Source: Alphaproteobacteria bacterium (GTDB lineage Bacteria > Pseudomonadota > Alphaproteobacteria > UBA828). From it: a DNA stretch of 64,000 bases. Every line of letters starts with the position of its first letter. Positions within the stretch are counted from its first letter, which is position 1. This document shows, piece after piece, positions 21,064-30,175 of this stretch. The notes beneath the pieces were generated by a model. The model worked only from the letters and a program-made list of their open reading frames with translations, ran no database searches and had not been told where the DNA came from. The stretch covers positions 3,296,971-3,360,970 of the forward strand of contig OZ253557.1 in NCBI GenBank assembly GCA_965262755.1, read 5' to 3'. The translations under genes were made by a program, and so were the position numbers.

Positions 21064-22047
21064 ATGGCGGAGCTGGAACTGCGCAAGGTCGAGCGCTGGC
21101 ATCAAAGGAACATCATTCTCGACGGCCTCAGCATGAAGGCGCCGTCGGGCCGCATCACGGCGCTGTTAGGCGATGACGACTCGGGCCGCCTGACGGCGCT
21201 CAAGGTCATCGCCGGAATCGAGAAGCCGCAAGGCGGCTCCATCCTGATCGACGGCGACGACGTGCTGAGGGAGAAAGAGGGGATGCGCGAAGCGGCGACG
21301 GTCTTCCGCTCCGCCGCGCTGATGCCGCACAAGACGGCCTTCGACAACATTGCCTATCCGCTCAGGATCGCCCGCTTCGACAGGGAGACGATCGAGGCGC
21401 GTGTGCTTGCCGTCGGCGAGCATTTCGGGTTGATCGACGTGCTCACGGAGCGGCCGAAGAGGCTCACGGACGTCCAGTGCTACCAGATCGGCCTCGCACG
21501 CGCGCTGGTGCGCGACCCCGGTGTCTACCTCTTCGAACTGCCGACGGAGGAGGACAGGGTCATACGCGAACTCGCGATCAGCGAGATGCGGCGGCTCAGG
21601 GATGAGTTCGGCCGTACCGTGGTCTATGCCGCCGGCACCGTCGAGGAGGCGCGCGAGCTCGCCGACTGGATCGTCGTCCTCCACGAAGGGCGCAAGCTGC
21701 AGATGGGCAGCCCGCAGAGGATCATCCAGTGGCCCGCCTCGCGCCAGGTCGCAAAGCTCTTCGGCGCCAAGCTCCGCGCCGCGCGCGTGATAGGCACGGA
21801 GGAGAACGCCCTCACGGTGCGTCTCAAGGACGGTACGGTCCTTACACTCGCCTGCGAATCCGACGATGCGGCCGCGGACGAGCGCGCCACCCTCGCCATC
21901 TGGCCGGAACACATCGGCCGCGAGGGCGAGATGCCAGTCTACCCGCCTGAGCACTGTTACCTGTTCAACGAACGCGGGCACTTGGTGGTGGGACCGTTTG
22001 GGCTCCCTCCCAAGCCAAAGAAGAAGAGCGCTGCCCGACGGCGGTGA
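21064..22047 (+). CDS. MalK/UgpC-like ABC ATPase homologue with degenerate catalytic motifs (probable pseudo-ATPase)
   Basis: 327 aa, colinear with MalK including the C-terminal TOBE-like domain. Walker A is GDDDSGRLT, the Q-loop is R, the signature is LTDVQ, Walker B is LFELP, and the H-loop is G. Confidence 0.75.
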   Translation: MAELELRKVERWHQRNIILDGLSMKAPSGRITALLGDDDSGRLTALKVIAGIEKPQGGSILIDGDDVLREKEGMREAATVFRSAALMPHKTAFDNIAYPLRIARFDRETIEARVLAVGEHFGLIDVLTERPKRLTDVQCYQIGLARALVRDPGVYLFELPTEEDRVIRELAISEMRRLRDEFGRTVVYAAGTVEEARELADWIVVLHEGRKLQMGSPQRIIQWPASRQVAKLFGAKLRAARVIGTEENALTVRLKDGTVLTLACESDDAAADERATLAIWPEHIGREGEMPVYPPEHCYLFNERGHLVVGPFGLPPKPKKKSAARRR

Positions 22048-22186
22048 ACGCCGAGACGGCACGCCCCGCTTTCGCTTTGCGGCTGCCGCGCTCCGCTACC
22101 CCGCAGTATTTCTCGTGGATAGCCGTGTTTCGGCGCATAACTCGATCAACATATAGCGACTATAGATAGTGTACTACTACGATATA

Positions 22187-22216
22187 TTGAAAACTCGGCA
22201 ACATATGTGGTAAGAT
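22187..22216 (+). promoter_or_regulatory. sigma70-like promoter candidate in the AT-rich gap upstream of pcm
   Basis: TTGAAA-N18-TAAGAT, with the -10 element ending ~105 nt upstream of the ATG at 22322. Confidence 0.3.
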
Positions 22217-22321
22217 GCGGCACCCTGATCATTGTGCCGTGCTCGCAGCCTTATTGCCATTCTCGCACTGCACGCACTAGAATGAAGTAGCAACGTCTGC
22301 CTCCAACGAGTTTTCCCTCAG

Positions 22322-22978
22322 ATGATCGACCACGCCGCCGCCCGTCGCAACATGGTCTCGGGCCAGATCAGGACCAACCGCGTCACCGACGAGCGGATCA
22401 TCGAAGCGATGGAGGAGATCCCTCGCGAGCGCTTCGTTCCACACGCCAAGCGGGGCGTCGCCTATGTGGACGAGGACGTGAAGATCGCGTCCGGCCGCTT
22501 CCTGATGGAGCCCATGGTGCTGGCGCGGCTGGTCCAGGAGTCAAGTATTGCGGCCGATGACATGGTCCTCGATGTCGGCTGCGGCACGGGCTACGCAACG
22601 GCGGTTATGGCTCGCCTCGCCGGTACCGTGATCGCACTGGACGTCGACAAATCGCTCGCCGCGGAGGCTGAGCGCACGCTGAGCGCGGTGGGCGCCGACA
22701 ACGCGATCGTGATGACCGGCCCGCTCGCCGAGGGCTGCGCCCGTCAGGCACCCTATGACGTAATCCTGTTGGGCGGTGCGGTGGATCACCTGCCGCAAGC
22801 GCTGGCGGATCAACTGGCCGAGCGGGGCAGGATTGTCGGCGTCCTGCGCAAGGCCGGTGGGGTGGGGCAGGCGACCTTCTGGGCGAAGCACCGGGGTGCG
22901 CTATCCAGCCGCAGCCTGTTCGAGGCGTCGCTTCCGCCGCTTCCCGGCATCGCTCGTCCCGTGCATTTTGAGTTCTAA
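22322..22978 (+). CDS. pcm: protein-L-isoaspartate O-methyltransferase
   Basis: 218 aa with the SAM-binding motif LDVGCGTGYATAVMA and a PIMT-like N-terminus. Confidence 0.85.
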   Translation: MIDHAAARRNMVSGQIRTNRVTDERIIEAMEEIPRERFVPHAKRGVAYVDEDVKIASGRFLMEPMVLARLVQESSIAADDMVLDVGCGTGYATAVMARLAGTVIALDVDKSLAAEAERTLSAVGADNAIVMTGPLAEGCARQAPYDVILLGGAVDHLPQALADQLAERGRIVGVLRKAGGVGQATFWAKHRGALSSRSLFEASLPPLPGIARPVHFEF

Positions 22979-22982
22979 AACC

Positions 22983-23312
22983 ATGGATGGGGAGGTGCCG
23001 GCGCTTTCGGTCGGGGACTTCGCTGCGCTGCGCGCGAGTCAGGGGGACTACGCGCTGCTCGATGTGCGCGAACCCTGGGAGGTGGCGCTCGGCGCGCTGC
23101 CGGAGGCGATGACCATCCCCATGAACGAGCTGCCCGATCGGCTCGACTCGCTGCCAGCAGACCGCCCGCTGGTGGTGCTGTGCCACCACGGCCAGCGAAG
23201 CGGTCATGTCACGGCATGGCTGCAGCGGCTCGGCTACGACAATGCGGTCAATCTGGAAGGCGGTATCGACGCGTGGGCGCGTGCTGTCGATCCCGCCATG
23301 CCGACCTACTGA
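22983..23312 (+). CDS. rhodanese-domain sulfurtransferase
   Basis: 109 aa with the active-site loop VLCHHGQRS. The ATG lies inside ORF 22776..23312. Confidence 0.8.
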   Translation: MDGEVPALSVGDFAALRASQGDYALLDVREPWEVALGALPEAMTIPMNELPDRLDSLPADRPLVVLCHHGQRSGHVTAWLQRLGYDNAVNLEGGIDAWARAVDPAMPTY

Positions 23313-23324
23313 GGGGAGCGGCCC

Positions 23325-24725
23325 ATGACTCGCGATCGACGGCACTCCACGACTCGAAGAATCGGGGCCTTGGTGCTGCTCACGGCGCTTCTCGTTGGTG
23401 CATCGGCACCATTCCACGGCGCTGCAGCGCAGACCCTGGAAGAGGCGCTCGTGCTCGCCTACCAGAACAATCCTACCTTGCAAGCCCAGCGTGCACGCCT
23501 GCGGGCGGTGGACGAGGAGGTGCCGGAGGCGCTGGCCGGCTGGCGCCCCACGATTGAGATCGCCGGGGATGTCGGCGCCCTGTACAGCAATACAGACGGC
23601 ATGATTCCCAACAGCGGAAGCAGCACGGTCGCCCCCTACGGCGTCGGGCTCACGGCGATCGCGCCCGTTTACCAGGGTGGGCGCGTTGCCGCCCAGATCG
23701 AATCGGCAGAGAACCGCGTCAGCGCGGGACGGGCACAGCTTCAGGCGGTCGAGCAGACGATCCTGCTCGACACGGCGACCGCCTACATGGACGTGCTCCG
23801 CTATCTGGCCGAAATAGAGCTCAGCCTTAGCAGTGAGCGAGTGGTGCGGCGCCAGTTGCAGGCGGCGCAGGACCGGCTCGATGTCGGCGAGGTGACGCGC
23901 ACTGACGTGGCTCAGGCTGAGGCCCGGCTCGCGCAGGCCGGCGCGGAGCGGGTCGCGGCGGAGGGCGGCATGATGTCGGCCCGTGCCGTTTACCGGCGCG
24001 TGACTGGCGAGCTGCCGGGCGAACTGTCCTGGCCGCCGGTCCCCATGGGATTGCAAGAGAGCGAAGAGGACGCGCTCGCCGCCGCGGCCGAGGGCAACCC
24101 ATCGATCGCCGCGGCATCGTTCATCGCGCACGCGTCGGAGGCGGATATCGACACGGCAGCCTCGGCACTCAGGCCGCAGGTCTCGATCGTGGGCAACGCT
24201 CGCCAGCGCTTTGACCCGTCGGACCTCATCGAATCGACCGCCGATGCCTCGTTGATGGCGACCGTGCGCGTGCCGCTCTATCAGGGTGGCGCCGCGAACG
24301 CACGCATCCGCCAGTCGAAGCAGATAGCGGCGCAGCGGCGCCTGGAGCTCGATCAGGCCCGGCGCGCGGTGCAAGAGCAAGTTGCTCATGCCTGGAGGGC
24401 GCTCACGGCGGCGCGGGCACAGATCACCGCGTTTAAGTCTCAGGTGGCTGCGGCGGCCGTTGCCCTCGACGGCGTCGAGCAAGAGACACGGGTCGGTCTG
24501 CGCACCACGCTCGACGTGCTTGATGCCGAACAAGAGCATTTCAAGGCACAGCTCAACCTGGTCCGGGCAAAGCGGGAGGAGATCGTCGCCGCCTATCAGT
24601 TGAAAGCGGCGGTCGGTGCCCTCACCGCGCGGCAGCTCGGGCTCCCGGTCGACTTGTACGATCCCGAGGTGCACTACCGGAGCGTGCGCGAGAGTCCTGG
24701 AGAGTGGCTGTGGTCGGACGAATGA
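23325..24725 (+). CDS. tolC: TolC-family outer membrane efflux protein
   Basis: 466 aa with a signal-like N-terminus, the QTLEEAL start of the mature protein, and a two-fold internal repeat typical of OMF proteins. Confidence 0.85.
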   Translation: MTRDRRHSTTRRIGALVLLTALLVGASAPFHGAAAQTLEEALVLAYQNNPTLQAQRARLRAVDEEVPEALAGWRPTIEIAGDVGALYSNTDGMIPNSGSSTVAPYGVGLTAIAPVYQGGRVAAQIESAENRVSAGRAQLQAVEQTILLDTATAYMDVLRYLAEIELSLSSERVVRRQLQAAQDRLDVGEVTRTDVAQAEARLAQAGAERVAAEGGMMSARAVYRRVTGELPGELSWPPVPMGLQESEEDALAAAAEGNPSIAAASFIAHASEADIDTAASALRPQVSIVGNARQRFDPSDLIESTADASLMATVRVPLYQGGAANARIRQSKQIAAQRRLELDQARRAVQEQVAHAWRALTAARAQITAFKSQVAAAAVALDGVEQETRVGLRTTLDVLDAEQEHFKAQLNLVRAKREEIVAAYQLKAAVGALTARQLGLPVDLYDPEVHYRSVRESPGEWLWSDE

Positions 24726-24752
24726 TCGTTATAGACGCGGGAGAGTGAGGAC

Positions 24753-25349
24753 ATGGAAAAGCCGGCGCTGGCCGATCACCCGATCAACGAAATGATGAGG
24801 CGACGCTGGAGCCCGCGCGCCTTCACGCCGCGCCCGATGCCCCGCGCGGACATTCTCACGCTGCTGGAGGCCACGCGCTGGGCGGCGTCGAGCTTCAACC
24901 AGCAGCCCTGGCACTTCCTGGTCGCGACCAGGGACGATGAAGAACGCTTCGCGCAGTTGCTCGATTGCCTGGTGCCCGGAAATCAGGTGTGGGCGCGGAA
25001 CGCGTCGCTGCTCATCCTTACCGTGACCAAGCGCACGTTCGACCACAACGACTCGCCTAACAGTTGTGCCGTCCACGATATCGGGCTCGCCGCCTGCCAG
25101 CTCGTCTTGCAGGCCACGGAGCTCGGGTACGCCACGCACCAGATGGCGGGCATCGAAGCGGAAAAAATCCGGGAGACCTATGGCGTGCCGGAGGGCTTCG
25201 ATCCCGTAACGGGGATCGCCGTCGGCTATGCCGGGGACCCGGACACCCTTCCCGACGACCTCCGCGAAATGGAGCTTGAGGCGCGGACGCGGCGCCCATT
25301 CGGCGAGTTCGTCTTCTCCGACCGCTGGGGCCAGTCCGCCGGCTTCTGA
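24753..25349 (+). CDS. nitroreductase family protein
   Basis: 198 aa. Contains RRWSPRAF and SSFNQQPWHF, both nitroreductase-fold motifs. Confidence 0.75.
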   Translation: MEKPALADHPINEMMRRRWSPRAFTPRPMPRADILTLLEATRWAASSFNQQPWHFLVATRDDEERFAQLLDCLVPGNQVWARNASLLILTVTKRTFDHNDSPNSCAVHDIGLAACQLVLQATELGYATHQMAGIEAEKIRETYGVPEGFDPVTGIAVGYAGDPDTLPDDLREMELEARTRRPFGEFVFSDRWGQSAGF

Positions 25350-25415
25350 CCACGGGTGCCCACGGGTCCCTGCGGCGCCTGAGCGAAGATGCGTAGACGG
25401 AGCCGGGAGCGAAGC

Positions 25416-25853
25416 ATGTCCGACTTCCACGTGAACGTCGGCGAGCAGGTCACGTTTTCCAAGACCGTTGGCGAAAGCGACATTTACCTGTTCGCGGGCA
25501 TCACCGGCGATTTGAACGGACTTCACGTGAACGAGCAGTACATGTCGACGTCGGCCTATGGGCACCGCATCGCGCACGGCGCGCTGCTGGTCGGCTTCAT
25601 GTCGACCACGTCGACCATGATGATTGCCCGCTGCGCCGAGCGGGAAAGCGACGAAACCCCCGTCTCGCTCGGCTACGACCGCATCCGCTTCACCGCCCCG
25701 GTCTATATCAACGACACGGTGAGCGTGACCTACACGGTTGCCCAGATCGACGAGACGCGCCGCCGCGCATTGTCCGATATCGAAGTCGTCAACCAGCGGG
25801 GCGAGACCGTGGCCGTGGCGCAGCACATCATCAAGTGGGTGCCGCACGCGTAA
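25416..25853 (+). CDS. MaoC-like (R)-specific enoyl-CoA hydratase / hot-dog fold dehydratase
   Basis: Contains FAGITGDLNGLHVNEQY and IAHGAL. The internal ATG is at 25416. Confidence 0.75.
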   Translation: MSDFHVNVGEQVTFSKTVGESDIYLFAGITGDLNGLHVNEQYMSTSAYGHRIAHGALLVGFMSTTSTMMIARCAERESDETPVSLGYDRIRFTAPVYINDTVSVTYTVAQIDETRRRALSDIEVVNQRGETVAVAQHIIKWVPHA

Positions 25854-25975
25854 ACGAGCGGCGGGCGGGAAGGGGTCCGCGCGATCCCGCCGGTCGTGAC
25901 GATTGGCAACCCTTCCGATCGACGCGCTGCGCGATAGACTGCCATTTCGGCGAGCGATCCCAGGGAGACTGAGCC

Positions 25976-26260
25976 ATGGCGCGCGCACTCTGGCAGGGGC
26001 AGGTCATCGCTGAGTCCGGCAGTTACGAAACCGTCGAGGGCAACGTCTATTTCCCGCCAGGTACCGTGAACCTGGCGTTCCTCACGCGGAGCCCAACCAC
26101 CACCGTTTGCGGCTGGAAAGGCACGGCTCACTATTACTCGATCGAGGTCGGAGGTGCGCGCAACGCGGATGCCGCGTGGTATTACCCCGACCCGAAGCCT
26201 GCGGCCGTAAACATCCGGGACCACGTCGCTTTCTGGCGGGGAGTCACCGTTGAGACCTGA
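25976..26260 (+). CDS. DUF427 domain protein
   Basis: 94 aa. Contains VEGNVYFP, CGWKGTAHYY and AWYYP, the family signature as I recall it. Confidence 0.65.
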   Translation: MARALWQGQVIAESGSYETVEGNVYFPPGTVNLAFLTRSPTTTVCGWKGTAHYYSIEVGGARNADAAWYYPDPKPAAVNIRDHVAFWRGVTVET

Positions 26261-26330
26261 GCCCGGGGCGCTATCCAGCCGCGCGCGCGGTCTTGCACCC
26301 CGAGGTGCGCAATAGAGAGCAGGAGTTCCG

Positions 26331-27620
26331 ATGCCTCGATACCTGAAGACCGGCATCAGCGATGCCGAGGCCGCGGAGGCGGACGCGAAGGTCCGCCGCG
26401 TCGTGGAAGACGCGTTGGACGATATCGCGCGCCGGGGCGATGCTGCCGTGCGCGAGATGTCGATCAAGTTCGATCGCTGGGAGCGCGAGGACTTTCGGCT
26501 CGGCGAGGACGAGATCGAGGCCTGCCTCGGCGCACTCACCGGGCAGGACAGGGACGATATCCTGTTCGCACAGGAGCAAATTCGGAACTTCGCGCAAATC
26601 CAACGCGACGCGCTTCAGGACGTCGAGGTCGAGACTCTGCCGGGCGTGGTGCTGGGCCATAAGAACATCCCGGTCAATGCGGTCGGCTGCTACGTGCCGG
26701 GCGGTAAGTACCCTTTGCTCGCGTCTGCCCACATGTCGGTGGTGACGGCGAAGGTGGCGGGCGTTACGCGCATCGCGACCTGCGCGCCGCCCTTCGAGGG
26801 CAGACCCGCGCCCGCCATCGTCGCGGCGCAGCATCTCGCGGGCGCCGACGAGATCTACGTGCTGGGCGGCATCCAGGCGGTGGGCGCCATGGCGCTCGGC
26901 ACCGGCAGCATCGCACCGGTCGACATGCTGGTCGGCCCCGGCAACGCCTTCGTGGCCGAGGCCAAGCGCCAGCTCTTCGGCCGCGTCGGCATCGACCTGC
27001 TGGCGGGGCCCACCGAGACTCTGGTAATCGCCGACGAGACCGTGGACGGCGAGCTCTGCGCCACCGATCTGCTCGGCCAGGCCGAGCACGGCCCGACTTC
27101 GCCGGCGACCCTGCTGACCAACTCCGAGAGCCTCGCCCGGCAGACGATGGCCGAGGTCGAGCGCCAGCTCGGCATCCTGCCGACGGCCGGGATTGCGGGC
27201 CAGGCCTGGCGCGACTACGGCCAGGTGATCGTCTGCGACACCCTCGACGAGATGGTCGCGGTCGCGGACGAGATCGCGGCCGAGCATGTGCAGGTGATGA
27301 CCGAGGACCCGGACTGGTTCCTCGAGCGCATGACCAACTACGGGGCACTCTTCCTCGGGCCCCGCACCAACGTCTCCTACGGTGACAAGGTGATCGGCAC
27401 CAACCACACCCTGCCGACACGCAAGGCCGCGCGCTACACCGGCGGCCTCTGGGTCGGCATGTTCCTCAAGACCTGCACCTATCAGCGGGTGCTGACCGAC
27501 GAGGCTTCGACCATGATCGGCGAATACTGCTCCAGGCTCTGTGCGCTGGAAGGCTTCGCCGGGCACAAGGAGCAGGCCGACATCCGCGTGCGCCGCTACG
27601 GTGGGCGGAATCTTGCCTGA
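26331..27620 (+). CDS. histidinol dehydrogenase-family oxidoreductase (paralogue outside a his context)
   Basis: 429 aa. Contains [12 protein letters not shown] and QAEHGP. No other his genes are nearby. Confidence 0.75.
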   Translation: MPRYLKTGISDAEAAEADAKVRRVVEDALDDIARRGDAAVREMSIKFDRWEREDFRLGEDEIEACLGALTGQDRDDILFAQEQIRNFAQIQRDALQDVEVETLPGVVLGHKNIPVNAVGCYVPGGKYPLLASAHMSVVTAKVAGVTRIATCAPPFEGRPAPAIVAAQHLAGADEIYVLGGIQAVGAMALGTGSIAPVDMLVGPGNAFVAEAKRQLFGRVGIDLLAGPTETLVIADETVDGELCATDLLGQAEHGPTSPATLLTNSESLARQTMAEVERQLGILPTAGIAGQAWRDYGQVIVCDTLDEMVAVADEIAAEHVQVMTEDPDWFLERMTNYGALFLGPRTNVSYGDKVIGTNHTLPTRKAARYTGGLWVGMFLKTCTYQRVLTDEASTMIGEYCSRLCALEGFAGHKEQADIRVRRYGGRNLA

Positions 27621-28398
27621 TCTCCCCGTCGAGGACGCGCTGCCCAAGACGCCCTCCTTCCGCCTCGACGGCAAGCGGGCGCTCGTCACGGGCGCGAGTC
27701 GCGGCCTTGGCCGTGCCTGTGCAGCTGCGCTCGCGGAGGCGGGTGCCCACGTCGTGCTCGCGGCGCGGGGACGCGGGGCCCTGGCGCAGGTCGCGGGTGA
27801 AATCGAGGCGGCAGGGGGCGCTGCGGCGATCCTCCCGCTCGACGTCGCCGATGTAGAACGAGCCGCAGCGGCCCTCGCGGAACTCGGGCCGGTCGACATC
27901 CTCGTCAACAATGCCGGCGGCAACCGCCCCGATGCGTTGCTGGACGTGACGGTGGAGGACTTCGACGCTGTCATGGGCATCAACGTGCGCGGTGCCTATT
28001 TCTGCGCCCAGGCGATCGCGCGGGAGATGGTCGCGGCAAAGAGGGGCGGCGTCATCATCAACATGTCCTCGCAAACGGGCCACGTCGGCGGGGCCAAGCG
28101 CACGGTCTATTGTGCCACCAAGCACGCCATCGAAGGCATGACCAAGGCGATGGCGATGGACCTTGCGCCCTACAACATCCGGGTCAACGCAATTGGTCCG
28201 ACCTTTATTGCCACGCCGATGACCGTGCCGTTTCTCGAAGATCCTGCCTTCAAGGAAGACACGCTGAGCCGGATCGCGCTCGGCCGCCTCGGCGAACTTC
28301 CCGATGTGATGGGCGCCATTGTTTTTCTTGCAAGCGACGCGGCCAGCCTGATCACGGGTGCAAGCCTGTTGATCGATGGCGGGTGGACAGCGCAATAG
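27601..28398 (+). CDS. short-chain dehydrogenase/reductase (SDR)
   Basis: Contains [12 protein letters not shown] and YCATKHA (catalytic YxxxK). The GTG/TTG start overlaps the upstream stop. Confidence 0.8.
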   Translation: MGGILPDLPVEDALPKTPSFRLDGKRALVTGASRGLGRACAAALAEAGAHVVLAARGRGALAQVAGEIEAAGGAAAILPLDVADVERAAAALAELGPVDILVNNAGGNRPDALLDVTVEDFDAVMGINVRGAYFCAQAIAREMVAAKRGGVIINMSSQTGHVGGAKRTVYCATKHAIEGMTKAMAMDLAPYNIRVNAIGPTFIATPMTVPFLEDPAFKEDTLSRIALGRLGELPDVMGAIVFLASDAASLITGASLLIDGGWTAQ

Positions 28399-28429
28399 CG
28401 GCACATCGGAAGGCGTTTTCCCTGCGTCA

Positions 28430-28453
28430 CTCAGTAGGAATATCACTACTGAG
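28430..28453 (+). terminator. hairpin after the SDR gene (CTCAGTAG-N8-CTACTGAG)
   Basis: Perfect 8-bp inverted repeat ~30 nt after the stop at 28396-28398. There is no clear T-tract. Confidence 0.3.
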
Positions 28454-28635
28454 GCGAAGGAATCGCCGCGTCTAAATCGTTCCTTTTCTCACAGTTTCAC
28501 GCCCGCAGAATATACCCCCAAAATTGATTGGTATGCCTATACTGCGTATCGATACATCTGCTGATTTCATTCAGCGATATGTCTGCTATATGGCGGTAAG
28601 TTCGAGAAATTCACGCATTCGATGGAGGTGAGATC

Positions 28636-28926
28636 ATGGCGGGACGATCTGCGTCCAAGATCGACGAGAGCACGTTAACCAGGGGTCAACGCCGCAAACT
28701 CGACACACTGCGCAAGTCTGTGGGCGACGAGATCGGTGAGCGCGCGTTCGCTGCGTGGCTCTCCACGCAACCGAAGCAGGAGGTGGTCGAGGAGGACCAC
28801 GACGCTGCGCTCATCGTCGACACGCTCTGGCCCCTCATCCGGGAAGGCACGCTGGCGATCCCGCGGGGCGGCTATCTGCTTCGCCGCGGGCGTAACCGGC
28901 TCATTTGCGAGCCTGCAAACAAGTAA
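28636..28926 (+). CDS. hypothetical protein in low-GC segment
   Basis: 96 aa with a GGAGGTGA RBS 4 nt upstream. Lies in a ~50% GC stretch at the left edge of the prophage remnant. No domain recognised. Confidence 0.35.
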   Translation: MAGRSASKIDESTLTRGQRRKLDTLRKSVGDEIGERAFAAWLSTQPKQEVVEEDHDAALIVDTLWPLIREGTLAIPRGGYLLRRGRNRLICEPANK

Positions 28927-29328
28927 AGATGCGCCGCTTGCGCCGCTCGGTATTCGGGAGGTGTTGAGCGATTAGGATAAGGTCGGGACGGGAGTGTCTC
29001 CGCCTTATCCATTGGGAAATTACGATGCACGTCGCCTGACGTGTGTCCTGATGGCCAATCCAAATCCAGCTCCTAATTCTAGCACAGGAGGCGGAACCAG
29101 GGGCGGATAGCTAAGCCGCAGCGCTCCGCAATCGCCCCGGACCATGGTGCGGTGCACAGGGGTTTCGGCACAGGGCATTGTCCGCGCCATGAATGCTCTG
29201 AACGCTGCATCGCCTCCCCACCACGGGACCCAGACCCCACGCGCCACCGGGGCAATCCAGGGCGCGCCTCATCAATTCCACACGCAAAGGAGCGCGCTCC
29301 TTCGATCCCACACACGAGGGGTCGCGTG

Positions 29329-30175
29329 ATGAGCGCGCTCGACGGCTGGATCGACGTCTGCCGCGCCGGCACTTGGCGCGACATGGCGGGCCGCGACGTT
29401 GCCATCGACGAGGCCCGGCTCGACCGGATCGTCGACGCGCACGCCGTCGCCGACCCCGCGCCCGTGGTCGTGGGCCATCCTGAGACGAACGCCCCGGCCT
29501 TCGCCTGGATCGACGGGCTTCGCCGCGCCGGCGACCGGCTGCAGGCGAAGCTCCGCGATATCGCGCCGGCCTTCCGCGAGGCGGTCGAGGCCGGCCGCTA
29601 CCTACGCCGGCCGCTCGATCGCGCTGCAGGGCGACACGCTGCGCCATGTCGGATTCCTGGGCGGCCAGGCACCGGCGGTGTCGGGGCTTGTGCCGACCCG
29701 CTTCGCGTCCGCGCCCGAGACGGTGGTCGCGTTTACTGACGATGCCGGGGCGGGGTCTCCGGAAGACTCGCCCTCAGATCACCCCGACTCTCTCCGCGCC
29801 CTGGGGCCGGGAGGGGACGAAGACGGCGTCCCTGAAGCCATCGATGAAGTGGGAGGCAAGGAGGGCCGGCCTGCGGAGCAGCCCGGAGCGAGCGCCCGGC
29901 GACTGACGGACATGAACGAACACGAAGCCTCGCTTACGGCGCGGGAGGCGGCGCTGCTCGCGCGGGAGGCCGCGGCCGCGGCCGACGACCGCCGGCGGGC
30001 TGCGGACGCAGCGATTGCGCCCCATGTCGAAGCGGGTCGCGTCCTACCCGCGGAGCGGCCGGCGCTGACCGTGCTGCTCGCCGCGCTCGGGGACGACCAA
30101 GGTAACGCCGGCGAGGGCGCCGCAGGCGAACACGCCACCATCGCCTTCGCGTCGGCGTCGGGCGGCGATGTGCGG
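29329..30175 (+). pseudogene. Mu gpI-like head maturation protease/scaffold, frameshifted
   Basis: Frame 1 reads MSALDGWIDVCRAGTW...EAVEAGRY. Around 29599-29605 the conserved continuation (Y)AGRSIALQGDTLRHVGFLGGQAPAVSGL moves to frame 2. There is no stop in frame 2 before the capsid region. Confidence 0.6.
29858..29910 (+). repeat. short variant (copy D) of the structured intergenic repeat, inside the scaffold reading frame
   Basis: CGGAGCGAGCGCCCGGCGACTGACGGA matches the tail of copies B/C with one mismatch over 27 nt. Its 5' AAGGAGG.CCGG resembles the 5' end of copy C. It ends 1 nt before the in-frame ATG at 29912. Confidence 0.6.

Noticed and set aside
28399-29328. A tRNA/tmRNA-type attachment site or direct att repeats at the prophage borders.
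   Set aside because: I found no tRNA-like T-arm (GGTTCGAnTCC) or cloverleaf at either border. I also found no convincing direct repeat shared by 28.4-29.3 kb and 43.5-43.7 kb. This fits a Mu-like (transposing) origin and a deleted left end.
29152-29328. The upstream extension of ORF 29152..29739, and small ORFs at 29144..29329 and 29020..29247.
   Set aside because: They have no RBS and poor codon bias. The scaffold/protease gene has a proper GAGGGG RBS and an ATG at 29329.
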